A stretch of 64,000 nucleotides of DNA from Oscillospiraceae bacterium (GCA_018110785.1 JAGBHD010000026.1:2054-66053); one strand, 5' to 3'. Positions 28,910 through 37,360 are shown, numbered from the stretch's first letter. The notes: generated from the sequence alone by a model not told the origin. Translations and numbers: made by a program.

Positions 28910-30997
28910 TTACGCTATCCAAGCGCCCGAAGAACTGAATTTGTAGGTTTTCCCGCCTATATTAAGAATTCCTGTCGCCATAGCTCCGCTGTCCTTTAAA
29001 TAATACCAGGTATTTCCGAGTTTGAGCCAACCTGTCGCCATAGCTCCGCTCGAAGTCAGATAATACCATGCGCTTCCGAGTTTCAACCACCCTGTCTGCA
29101 TCGCGCCTCCGGGGCTTAAATAATACCAACTACCGCCATCTTGCAACCAGCCTGTAGCCATAGCTCCGCTCGAAGTCAGATAATACCAAGTATTGCCTAA
29201 CTTCAACCAACCCGTCTGCATAGCGCCTCCGGGGCTTAAATAATACCAAGTATCGCCTAACTTCAACCAACCCGTCGCCATAGCGCCGCTGTCTTTCAGA
29301 TAATACCAAGTATCGCCTAACTTCAACCAACCCGTCTGCATCACACCGTTGTTATCAAAATAGTACCAGGTTTCATCAATTTTTAACCAACCAATAGCCA
29401 TTTCGCCGGAAGGCTTAAGGTATATTAAATTGCCATTTTCACGCACCCAGCCAAATTTAACATAACCATTTTCATAAAGAAACTTTTTACCGCTTATTTC
29501 AGTCCAACCGTCAGGCTTCTCATACCAATCAAATAAAGCGTTAAAATCGGTTGTGTTTTCGGTTATCCCGTCAATTATACCTACCGATGTATACTGCCAT
29601 ATGGCATAATTTTCAATACCGTCTTTCGGTGCAAAGGTAGCACTCGGATATCCATTGTCAATGCCGTAGTTTGAAATCCATTTGTAATAAGCATTGAATT
29701 CGGGAGCATTAAGATAATTTTCCCAATAATATTGGTTTGCATATATTCCCGGCTTATATCCGTTTTCAATGAAAACTTCCATATAAACCTTTGCTATCGC
29801 AATTAAATCGCAATCACCCCCATTGGTTTCAATGTCAACAAATACAGGATATGTGGGGTTTGCGCCCGATTCTTTTAAAATCCTGATAACATTTTGTGCC
29901 TGTATCTCGGCTATTTCGACTGTTGCTGCAGTATTGAAATGATAGGTGCCATAGGGTATTTCGAGTCTGTTTAAATTTTCAATATATTTGGCAAAACTTG
30001 AATCTTTAGCGTTGTTGTAATCTTCGGCTGTTTCGCCGCCGTAGCTGCTGCGTAAAATAACTGCATCTATATTAGTTGCTTTGAGCTTATCCCAATCAAT
30101 ATTTCCTTGCCATTTAGAAATATCTATAACAAAAGAGTGGGCACCCTCAACACATTTTCCGTCATTATCAAAAAGATATTTTATTCCGTCAATAACTACC
30201 CAGCCGATTTGCATCGCGCCGCTTTGGTCAAAATAATACCGCGCTCCGTCAAGCTCTAACCAACCTGTCTGCATAGCGCCATTGTCTTTTAAGTAATACC
30301 AACTACCGCCATCTTGTAACCAGCCCGTCACCATAGCGCCGCTCTGGTTAAAGTAATAATATGTGTTTCCGTCTTTAACCCAGCCTGTAGCCATAGCTCC
30401 GCTCGAAGTCAGATAATACCAAGTATCGCCTAACTTCAACCAGCCCGTCTGCATAGAGCCATCGGAATTCAGATAATACCATGTGTTTCCAAGCTGAAGC
30501 CAACCGGTCTTTTTAACTCCGTCTGCATAGTAATACCATATTCCGTTTTCCATTTTCCAGCCGTTTTCTTTAAGATAAATTATAGTTATCTCGCAAGGAA
30601 AACCGCTGCCGATATCAATCTTGTTCCAATTATCTTTGGTTCCATTATATTTAATGGTTGCCAAATTATTACAATCGGCAAATGCCCGACCGCCAATAGC
30701 CGTAACACTATCGCTGATAGTTGCGCTTGTAATGCTCGAACAATTAAAGAATGCTAACGCGCCAATGCTTGTAACAGGATATCCCCCCAAGGTAGAGGGT
30801 ATTGTTATCTCCCCGCTTATTGAAGTATCAACATCAGTTATTGTAGCTTCCCCGTTAGTTACCGTATATGTATAATAGCCCTCTGTATATGAAGTTGCGG
30901 CATTTGAAACAGGAGTTCCTAAATGAACAAAAACCATTGTTAAAACGACAGATAGAGAAACGGATAATATTTTGCTGAGTTTTTTCAATTTTACCAC
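28910..30997 (-). CDS. Secreted GH25 muramidase with N-terminal BspA-type LRR and two blocks of cell-wall-binding (choline-binding-type) repeats
   Basis: 695 aa. Signal peptide; LRR-like segment (IPSTLGGYPVTSIGALAFFNCSSITSATISDSVTAIGGRAFADC). About 6 and about 9 copies of GWLKLGDTWYYLxxSGAMATGW. GH25 signature VIDISKWQGNIDW in the middle. The start could be TTG 30988 (AAGGTGG RBS) instead of GTG 30997. Confidence 0.85.
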   Translation of the reverse strand: MVKLKKLSKILSVSLSVVLTMVFVHLGTPVSNAATSYTEGYYTYTVTNGEATITDVDTSISGEITIPSTLGGYPVTSIGALAFFNCSSITSATISDSVTAIGGRAFADCNNLATIKYNGTKDNWNKIDIGSGFPCEITIIYLKENGWKMENGIWYYYADGVKKTGWLQLGNTWYYLNSDGSMQTGWLKLGDTWYYLTSSGAMATGWVKDGNTYYYFNQSGAMVTGWLQDGGSWYYLKDNGAMQTGWLELDGARYYFDQSGAMQIGWVVIDGIKYLFDNDGKCVEGAHSFVIDISKWQGNIDWDKLKATNIDAVILRSSYGGETAEDYNNAKDSSFAKYIENLNRLEIPYGTYHFNTAATVEIAEIQAQNVIRILKESGANPTYPVFVDIETNGGDCDLIAIAKVYMEVFIENGYKPGIYANQYYWENYLNAPEFNAYYKWISNYGIDNGYPSATFAPKDGIENYAIWQYTSVGIIDGITENTTDFNALFDWYEKPDGWTEISGKKFLYENGYVKFGWVRENGNLIYLKPSGEMAIGWLKIDETWYYFDNNGVMQTGWLKLGDTWYYLKDSGAMATGWLKLGDTWYYLSPGGAMQTGWLKLGNTWYYLTSSGAMATGWLQDGGSWYYLSPGGAMQTGWLKLGSAWYYLTSSGAMATGWLKLGNTWYYLKDSGAMATGILNIGGKTYKFSSSGAWIA
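28913..29515 (-). repeat. C-terminal block of ~60-bp tandem coding repeats (cell-wall-binding repeats)
   Basis: 60-nt periodicity is visible directly, for example recurring ...gccatagctccgct...ataataccaagtat...caaccaacc... Confidence 0.9.
30173..30580 (-). repeat. N-terminal block of ~60-bp tandem coding repeats
   Basis: Same repeat family. 30381-30454 matches 29151-29224 at 72 of 74 positions. Confidence 0.9.
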
Positions 30998-31061
30998 CTT
31001 TCATTTTTACCATGTTTAAATAATATGTTTTGTTCTTTGTTTCTATATGTTTATGATTTTA

Positions 31062-31090
31062 ATTATAGTTATTTCCCGCCTTATTGTCAA
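31062..31090 (-). promoter_or_regulatory. Consensus promoter of the GH25 gene
   Basis: Minus strand reads TTGACA (31085-31090), a 17-nt spacer, then TATAAT (31062-31067). Confidence 0.75.
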
Positions 31091-31159
31091 TCGCTCAGCC
31101 TTGCCAAATATACCCTCCTCACATAAGCAAAACCGTTTTATATTGGTGTCTTTAGGGGC

Positions 31160-31195
31160 GAAAAGAAAAAGCCGAGCGCTTTTGCACTCGGCTTT
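31160..31195 (-). terminator. Terminator after rplL
   Basis: GCCGAG...CTCGGC hairpin followed on the minus strand by TTTTTCTTTT. Confidence 0.8.
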
Positions 31196-31213
31196 AATGT
31201 TTCAAACTTTAAA

Positions 31214-31591
31214 TTACTTAAGTTCGATTTTTGCGCCAGCTTCTTCGAGCTTAGCTTTGATATCGTCAGCTTCTGCTTTGGAAGCTGCTTCTTTAAGGGT
31301 TTTAGGAGCGCCGTCAACGAGGTCTTTTGCTTCTTTAAGACCAAGACCGGTAACGTCCTTAACGATTTTGATAACTGCCATTTTGTTAGCGCCAACCTCT
31401 GCGAGAACAACGTCAAACTCAGTTTTCTCTTCAGCAGCGGGAGCTGCAGCAGCAGCACCGGGAGCAGCAACTGCAACTGCAGTAGCGGAAACTCCGAATT
31501 CCTCTTCGAGAGCCTTAACGAGCTCTGCTAATTCCATAACGGATAACTCTTTAACTTCTTCAACAAATTTTAAAACTTTCTCTGAAGCCAT
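31214..31591 (-). CDS. rplL: 50S ribosomal protein L7/L12
   Basis: 125 aa. ...[14 protein letters not shown]..., an Ala-rich hinge, and C-terminal [12 protein letters not shown]. Confidence 0.95.
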   Translation of the reverse strand: MASEKVLKFVEEVKELSVMELAELVKALEEEFGVSATAVAVAAPGAAAAAPAAEEKTEFDVVLAEVGANKMAVIKIVKDVTGLGLKEAKDLVDGAPKTLKEAASKAEADDIKAKLEEAGAKIELK

Positions 31592-31639
31592 GATAATTTA
31601 CCTCCAATAAATTTAACTTTTTAATTTTAATTTAATTTT

Positions 31640-32143
31640 TTAAGCACTCTGCTTTTCAGCGATTGCATTAAGCGCAATTGCAAGACCGGTAATCGGGGCA
31701 TTTAAGCCACCAAGAACCTGAGCGATAAGAACCTCTCTGGAAGGAAGCTTTGCGATAGCCTTGATCTCCTCCAAATCAGCGAACTTACCTTCGATATAGC
31801 CGGCTTTGATGCTGAAAGTACTATCAGCGGCTTCAGCCTGCTTAGCTAAGATTTTTGCGGGAGAAACAACATCTGTTTTAGAAACAGCGATAGCTGTTGT
31901 TCCGCTTAAAATGCTGGCATCAAGCTCGGTAAGACCGAGTTTTTCTGCTGCAAAACGAAGCATTGTATTTTTAACTACGAAGTAATCAACGTCTGCTTCT
32001 CTAAGCTCTTTACGGAGCTTTGTATCATCAGCAACGGTGATACCCTTATAGTCAACAATAACGATACTTGCTGCATCTGTTAATTTCTCTACAAGAGATT
32101 CAACATATGCTTTCTTTTTCTCTAATACGTTTACGTTCGGCAT
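31640..32143 (-). CDS. rplJ: 50S ribosomal protein L10
   Basis: 167 aa. Position upstream of rplL and typical L10 sequence. Confidence 0.93.
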   Translation of the reverse strand: MPNVNVLEKKKAYVESLVEKLTDAASIVIVDYKGITVADDTKLRKELREADVDYFVVKNTMLRFAAEKLGLTELDASILSGTTAIAVSKTDVVSPAKILAKQAEAADSTFSIKAGYIEGKFADLEEIKAIAKLPSREVLIAQVLGGLNAPITGLAIALNAIAEKQSA

Positions 32144-32310
32144 TTATATTCACCTCCGTTCGCTTTTTGCAAGAAAAAAGTCCTTCCCTTTTCCGCAGAA
32201 AAAGAAAGGACGAAAAAATACATAGTTTTCTTCCTGTTTCTTCCTCGGCGGGCAAGGCATAAAACCTTTTAATCTTTTTAAGAACCTGCTGTCTTTAGAA
32301 TAAACAACAT
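32144..32310 (-). promoter_or_regulatory. rplJ 5' leader with attenuator hairpin (L10-leader-like)
   Basis: About 165-nt leader between the promoter and rplJ. It contains GTCCTTTCTTTTT-ctgcgg-AAAAGGGAAGGAC followed by TTTTTT (about 32180-32212). The L10(L12)4 autoregulatory leader is established in Firmicutes; the match here is not model-tested. Confidence 0.55.
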
Positions 32311-32314
32311 TAGA

Positions 32315-32343
32315 ATATTACCACATAAAAACTATTTTGTCAA
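32315..32343 (-). promoter_or_regulatory. Promoter of rplJ-rplL
   Basis: Minus strand reads TTGACA (32338-32343), a 17-nt spacer, then TAATAT (32315-32320). Confidence 0.7.
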
Positions 32344-32348
32344 TAGTC

Positions 32349-33050
32349 TTATGCGCCGTATTTTGCTGTATTAACTCTGATTCCGGGGCCCATTGTTGTT
32401 GCAACGGTGCAGGACTTGATATACTGTCCTTTAACTGCTGCGGGACGAGCCTTAACTATAGCGCCCATCAAAGTATCTAAGTTTTCCATTAACTTATCCT
32501 GTCCGAAAGAAGCCTTTCCGATAGGGCAGTGGATAATGTTGGTTTTATCAAGACGATACTCGATTTTACCTGCTTTAGCTTCGGTAACTGCTTTTGCAAC
32601 ATCAGGAGTAACTGTTCCGGCCTTGGGGTTCGGCATAAGTCCCTTAGGACCTAAAACTTTACCTAAACGGCCAACGAGTCCCATCATGTCGGGAGAAGCA
32701 ATTACAACGTCGAAATCAAAGAAGTTTTCGGTCTGAATCTTTGTTACAAGATCTTCCGCGCCAACGATTTCAGCACCTGCAGCCTCTGCAGCCTTTGCTA
32801 AATCGCCTTTTGCGAAAACACAAACTCTAACCTTTTTACCTGTTCCGTTAGGGAGAACAACAGCGCCTCTAACCTGCTGGTCAGCATGACGAGAGTCAAC
32901 GCCTAAGCGAACATGGATTTCAACTGTTTCATCAAATTTTGCCTTTGCTGTTTTGATGCAAAGGTCGATAGCCTGCTCGGCTTCATAAAGAGCAGTCTTA
33001 TCTACGAGCTTTACGCTCTCGGAATATTTTTTTCCGTGTTTCATTTTCAT
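32349..33050 (-). CDS. rplA: 50S ribosomal protein L1
   Basis: 233 aa with typical L1 sequence (HGKKY..., [11 protein letters not shown]). Confidence 0.95.
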   Translation of the reverse strand: MKMKHGKKYSESVKLVDKTALYEAEQAIDLCIKTAKAKFDETVEIHVRLGVDSRHADQQVRGAVVLPNGTGKKVRVCVFAKGDLAKAAEAAGAEIVGAEDLVTKIQTENFFDFDVVIASPDMMGLVGRLGKVLGPKGLMPNPKAGTVTPDVAKAVTEAKAGKIEYRLDKTNIIHCPIGKASFGQDKLMENLDTLMGAIVKARPAAVKGQYIKSCTVATTMGPGIRVNTAKYGA

Positions 33051-33102
33051 TTCCTCCTATTGTGGTTAATAACGGGAATACCCTCCCACTAAGGAAAGCA
33101 TC

Positions 33103-33528
33103 TTAGTCAACAACTTCAACGCCCATGCTTCTTGCTGTTCCTGCGATCATGCTCATCGCAGTTTCAATGCTTGCAGCATTAAGGTCGGGCATCTTCTGCT
33201 CTGCTATCTTCTTGACCTGCTCCTTAGTAATCTTTGCTACCTTTGTTTTGTTCGGTGTACCCGAAGCTGTTTCAAGTCCGCATGCCTTTTTAATTAAAAC
33301 TGCTGCAGGCGGAGTTTTGGTAACAAAAGAGAAAGAACGATCTGCATAAACGGTAATAACAACCGGAATTGTAAGACCGATGTCATTCTTTGTTCTCTCG
33401 TTAAATTCCTTGGTAAAAGCCATGATGTTAACGCCATGCTGACCTAACGCAGGACCTACCGGCGGTGCCGGAGTTGCTTTACCTGCAGGAATTTGGAGCT
33501 TAATAAATCCTACTACCTTTTGAGCCAT
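33103..33528 (-). CDS. rplK: 50S ribosomal protein L11
   Basis: [36 protein letters not shown] prefer ATG 33528 (GGAGGTG RBS) to the track start at 33543. Confidence 0.95.
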   Translation of the reverse strand: MAQKVVGFIKLQIPAGKATPAPPVGPALGQHGVNIMAFTKEFNERTKNDIGLTIPVVITVYADRSFSFVTKTPPAAVLIKKACGLETASGTPNKTKVAKITKEQVKKIAEQKMPDLNAASIETAMSMIAGTARSMGVEVVD

Positions 33529-33650
33529 TTTTTGCACCTCCAAAAATCGTGGTATATGGCGGAATTAAGCGCTCGGCTTTAATTCCTCCCACTGCGAAAA
33601 ACCACCTTGGTTTATCGCAAATATCCAGTCCCAAAAACGGGAACTAAATA

Positions 33651-34178
33651 TCAGTTTAAAACTTCGACCTGATTTACCTCGAGTTCAACCGAAGTATCTC
33701 TGCCGAACATGGAAATTGTCGCTTTTAAGCGAACATTATCGGTATCAACCTCTTCAACAGTTCCGATAAATCCTGCGAAAGGACCGTCAGTAATTTTAAT
33801 ACTATCGCCTTTACCAATCTGGATTTCAACGGTTTTCTTCTCAACTCCGAGCGCCGCAACCTCGGCTGCGCTCAAAGGAATAGGCTCTCCCGACGGGCCG
33901 ACAAATCCTGTAACTCCGCGGGTATTGCGGACAATGTACCAAGACTCATCGGTTACAATCATCTTAACTAATACATAGCCGGGGAAAAGCTTTCTTTCAA
34001 CCTCAGCTACTGTTCCGTTTTCCTTGTGCTCTACGACAGTTTCCGTAGGAACTCTAACCTCATAAATGAGTTCCTGAAGATTTCTGTTCTCAACAGCCTT
34101 TTTGATATTGGTTGCAACCTTATTCTCATAACCCGAATAGGTATGCACAACATACCAACGAGGCGCGCTATCTGCCAT
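33651..34178 (-). CDS. nusG: Transcription termination/antitermination protein NusG
   Basis: 175 aa. RWYVVHTYSGYENKV NGN domain and a KOW domain. Confidence 0.95.
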   Translation of the reverse strand: MADSAPRWYVVHTYSGYENKVATNIKKAVENRNLQELIYEVRVPTETVVEHKENGTVAEVERKLFPGYVLVKMIVTDESWYIVRNTRGVTGFVGPSGEPIPLSAAEVAALGVEKKTVEIQIGKGDSIKITDGPFAGFIGTVEEVDTDNVRLKATISMFGRDTSVELEVNQVEVLN

Positions 34179-34198
34179 ATCACTGCCTCCTTATACTG

Positions 34199-34429
34199 TT
34201 ACGCATTCAACAAAAGGCCGAGTAAGAACGCAAGAAGGGCATCTAAAAGCCAGATGAAAACACCGATTACTAAGATTGCAACAATTACAACGATAGTATT
34301 GTTAACAACAGTTTTCCATGCGGGCCAAGAAATCTTCTTTGTTTCGCTGATGAGGTCGCGGAAAAACTTTAAAACCTTGTTCGGCTTTTTAACCTTAGCC
34401 GCCTTGGCTTTCTTTTCTTTCGCTGCCAT
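34199..34429 (-). CDS. secE: Preprotein translocase subunit SecE
   Basis: 76 aa. Lys-rich N-terminus, a single C-terminal TM helix, and position upstream of nusG. Confidence 0.9.
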   Translation of the reverse strand: MAAKEKKAKAAKVKKPNKVLKFFRDLISETKKISWPAWKTVVNNTIVVIVAILVIGVFIWLLDALLAFLLGLLLNA

Positions 34430-34447
34430 AAGCTGAAACCCTCCTTC

Positions 34448-34609
34448 TTACTTCGTCTCTCTGTGGAGAGTATGCTTCCTGCAGAACTTGCAATACTTGT
34501 TCATCTCAAGTCTGTCAGGATCATTCTTTTTGTTTTTCATTGTGTCGTAGTTGCGCTACTTGCACTCTGTGCAGGCTAATGTAACTTTAACTCTTCCGTT
34601 AGCTTTCAT
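34448..34609 (-). pseudogene. rpmG: 50S ribosomal protein L33 gene interrupted by an in-frame TAG at codon 18
   Basis: Below the track's size cutoff; found by hand. ATG 34609 with AGGAGGTG RBS. Translation is [52 protein letters not shown]. The TAG is at 34556-34558; both CxxC zinc knuckles are intact. Confidence 0.85.
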
Positions 34610-34682
34610 TTCGGCACCTCCTGATTTTTACCGGAAAAATTTTGCCTCCCTCAAATGGGCAAAAAAATAAAACCCTCTCTGA

Positions 34683-34711
34683 GGTATCTCATAGTTTACC
34701 ATACTATAACC
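34683..34711 (-). promoter_or_regulatory. Promoter of rpmG-secE-nusG
   Basis: Minus strand reads TTGACA (34706-34711), a 17-nt spacer, then TAAACT (34683-34688). Confidence 0.65.
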
Positions 34712-34805
34712 TGATTGTCAAGCGTTTTTACAGTAAAATTTAAACAATTTTGCAACCAAGCGATATACCTTATATAATATAAGTCAATTTTTTGCCCTTA
34801 TTTTG

Positions 34806-34834
34806 TTGATTTATTTGATTTAATGTGTTAAAAT
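34806..34834 (+). promoter_or_regulatory. Promoter of the minD-like gene
   Basis: TTGATT (34806-34811), a 17-nt spacer, then an extended -10 TGtTAAAAT ending at 34834. Confidence 0.55.
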
Positions 34835-34865
34835 GATACCATATAGGCTAAAATGGGGTGAGTAT

Positions 34866-35606
34866 ATGGGAAAGATTATCGTTGTAACCTCAGGCAAGGG
34901 CGGTGTCGGTAAATCGACGGTTTCCGCGCTGCTTGGTTATTTTTTAAAGAAAAACGGTAAGAAAACCATAATAATTGAATTGGATATGGGGCTTAGAAGC
35001 TTGGATATTATGATGGGAACAGAAGACGAAATAAGCTATGACCTATCGGATATCTTGTCGGGAGCCTGCGAGCCATACAAGGCTATCCGTACCGCCGAAA
35101 AATTCGGAGGGCTTCAGTTTATCCCCGCCCCGGGAACGGTAACCTCTTCTTTAGATACAGAGAGATTTGTTGCCTTATGTATTGCCCTTAAAAAGAATTA
35201 TGATTATGTTTTAGTCGATTCGCCTGCGGGAATTGGGGAGCTTTTCCGAATTGCCCTCAGAGCGGCAGACGAAGCCTTGATTGTTACAACCCCCGATATG
35301 GTTTGTATGCGCGATGCCGCTAACGTTTCCTTTATTTTAGAGGAAGAGGGGCTTTCTCGGCAAAAGCTTCTTATAAACAAGCTTTCAAAATCAGCCTTTA
35401 AAAAATCGGGCATTCGCGACCTTGATGAGATAATTGATGTTGTCGGTGTTCAGCTTGTCGGCGTTGCAGAACAGAGCGATGCCGTATCCGACCTTTCGGC
35501 AAGCGGAAAGCTAAGCTCTGACGACTTAGATGTTATGAAAGAATTTTCAAATATTGCAAAAAGAATATGCGGTGAGGATGTTCCTCTGCATATTTATAAA
35601 TACTAA
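34866..35606 (+). CDS. MinD-family ParA-like ATPase lacking the C-terminal membrane-targeting helix
   Basis: MGKIIVVTSGKGGVGKST deviant Walker A, plus DSPAGIG. Collinear with MinD as far as GEDVPLHIYKY, where it ends. I prefer ATG 34866 to the track start at 34833. Confidence 0.8.
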   Translation: MGKIIVVTSGKGGVGKSTVSALLGYFLKKNGKKTIIIELDMGLRSLDIMMGTEDEISYDLSDILSGACEPYKAIRTAEKFGGLQFIPAPGTVTSSLDTERFVALCIALKKNYDYVLVDSPAGIGELFRIALRAADEALIVTTPDMVCMRDAANVSFILEEEGLSRQKLLINKLSKSAFKKSGIRDLDEIIDVVGVQLVGVAEQSDAVSDLSASGKLSSDDLDVMKEFSNIAKRICGEDVPLHIYKY

Positions 35607-35623
35607 AATTCAGGAGGGAAAAA

Positions 35624-36028
35624 ATGAATATAGCAATAACAGCGCACGATGCTAAAAAGGAATTGATGATTCAGTTTTGCATAGCCTACTGCGGAATTTT
35701 ATCCAAGCATAATCTCTGCGCAACGGGAACAACCGCAAAGCTCGTAAGCGAGGCTACAGGTCTTCAGATACAAGGATATCTCTCAGGCGCTCAGGGCGGC
35801 GACCAGCAGATAGCTTCCCGAATCGCCTGCAACGAAATCGACTTGGTTTTATACTTCCGCGATCCTAACATTTCGGAAACCGATAAAACAGGAAATTCTA
35901 TCCTTCGCCTTTGCGATGTTCATACCATTCCTATTGCAACAAATATCGCAACCGCCGAGGTTTTGATACACGGACTTGAGAGAGGCGACTTTGATTGGCG
36001 CGCTATCGTAAACCCGACACATTTTTAA
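35624..36028 (+). CDS. mgsA: Methylglyoxal synthase
   Basis: 134 aa. IAITAHDAKK motif and typical length. Confidence 0.88.
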   Translation: MNIAITAHDAKKELMIQFCIAYCGILSKHNLCATGTTAKLVSEATGLQIQGYLSGAQGGDQQIASRIACNEIDLVLYFRDPNISETDKTGNSILRLCDVHTIPIATNIATAEVLIHGLERGDFDWRAIVNPTHF

Positions 36029-36106
36029 AAAACTATTCCCGCAGTTCCTTTCGGGCGGCGGGAATTATTTGAGCCGCAACCGAAAGCGGCAGAAACGGAG
36101 AAATAA

Positions 36107-37360
36107 ATGGCACCATTAACCCAAGCGCCTAAGGGTACTCTTGACACCCTCCCGCGCGACAGCTTTCTTTTAAGAAAAATCGAAAATCAAATGATAGAAA
36201 TAGCCGAAAACTTCGGTTTTAAGGAAATAAGAACTCCTACCTTTGAGCATACAGAGCTTTTCTGCCGCTCGGTAGGGGATACAACAGACGTTGTCCAGAA
36301 AGAAATGTACACCTTTGAGGATAAGGGCGGCAGAAGCATAACCCTTCGTCCCGAGGGAACTGCGGGCGCTATGCGCGCCGTCGTAGAGCACGGACTTACA
36401 AACGAGCCTATGCCCTTAAAGCTTTTCTACCTTCTTTCCTGCTTCCGACATGAAAAGCCGCAGGCGGGAAGACTGAGAGAATTCCATCAGTTTGGAGCAG
36501 AGCTTTTAGGCTCTTCTTCCCCCAAAGCCGATGCGGAGGTTATCTTATTGGCAGACAGCCTTTTATCTTCTTTCGAAATCGGCGAATATTCTTTGGAGAT
36601 AAACTCTTTAGGCTGCAAAAGCTGCCGCGGCGAATATACAAAGAAATTGATAGAATATTTCTCAAAGAATGAAGAAACCCTTTGCGAAACCTGCAAGGGA
36701 AGACTTAATAAAAATCCTTTAAGAATTCTCGATTGTAAATCGCCCATATGCAAAAAAGTAGCGGCTGACGCTCCTAAGATAACAGAATTTTTGTGCGAGG
36801 ACTGCTCCGAGCATTATAAAGGTGTTAAAAAATCGCTTGATTCCATGGGAGTTAAATATAAAGAAAACCCTGATATTGTAAGAGGGCTTGATTATTATAA
36901 CCGCACTGTTTTTGAATTTATTTCATCATCTCTCGGCGCCCAGAGTACAGTTTGCGGCGGCGGAAGATATGATGGCCTTATCTCTCAGCTCGGCGGAAAC
37001 GATTGCGCCTCTTTAGGCTTCGGGCTTGGTATAGAGCGTTTAGTTTCCCTTTATAACCTTACCCACCCCGAAAAAGAAACAAAGAAGCCCAAAATATTTA
37101 TTTCTTCGATAGGAGAAGCCGCTTCCAATGCGGCATTTAAATATACAGGCGAGCTCCGAAATAAAGGCGTTTTCGCAGAATGCGATATCGTCGGCCGCTC
37201 CTTAAAGGCGCAGATGAAATATGCCGATAAATTAGGAGCTAAGTATTCTATTGTTTTAGGCGATGATGAAATCGCTTCGGGCAAAGCCGTTTTAAAGGAT
37301 ATGGAAAGCGGCGAAAAAAGAGAAATTGAGCTTCGAAATATTGCAGAGGAGATAAAATAA
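36107..37360 (+). CDS. hisS: Histidine--tRNA ligase
   Basis: 417 aa. Class II motifs (LRPEGTAG, CFRHEKPQAGRLREFHQ, GGGRYDGL). Confidence 0.93.
   Translation: MAPLTQAPKGTLDTLPRDSFLLRKIENQMIEIAENFGFKEIRTPTFEHTELFCRSVGDTTDVVQKEMYTFEDKGGRSITLRPEGTAGAMRAVVEHGLTNEPMPLKLFYLLSCFRHEKPQAGRLREFHQFGAELLGSSSPKADAEVILLADSLLSSFEIGEYSLEINSLGCKSCRGEYTKKLIEYFSKNEETLCETCKGRLNKNPLRILDCKSPICKKVAADAPKITEFLCEDCSEHYKGVKKSLDSMGVKYKENPDIVRGLDYYNRTVFEFISSSLGAQSTVCGGGRYDGLISQLGGNDCASLGFGLGIERLVSLYNLTHPEKETKKPKIFISSIGEAASNAAFKYTGELRNKGVFAECDIVGRSLKAQMKYADKLGAKYSIVLGDDEIASGKAVLKDMESGEKREIELRNIAEEIK

Noticed and set aside
28913-29515. Regular ~60-bp periodicity that could be mistaken for a CRISPR array or satellite
   Set aside because: The repeats are contiguous with no unique spacers. 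They are in frame and encode 20-residue cell-wall-binding repeats (GWxKxGxxWYYLxxxGAMxT) of one long ORF.
31047-31610. 187-aa plus-strand ORF
   Set aside because: It lies antisense to rplL and to the rplL terminator region. The Ala/Ser-rich low-complexity product mirrors the L12 hinge. It has no RBS, and rplL is unambiguous.
34556-34558. TAG in rpmG as evidence for amber-codon reassignment
   Set aside because: TAG terminates at least four well-delimited genes here at family-typical lengths: mreD (14203-14205), the XRE gene (20319-20321), the TraB-like gene (40781-40783) and comEB (42304-42306). No pyl-type genes or suppressor tRNA are visible in the window.
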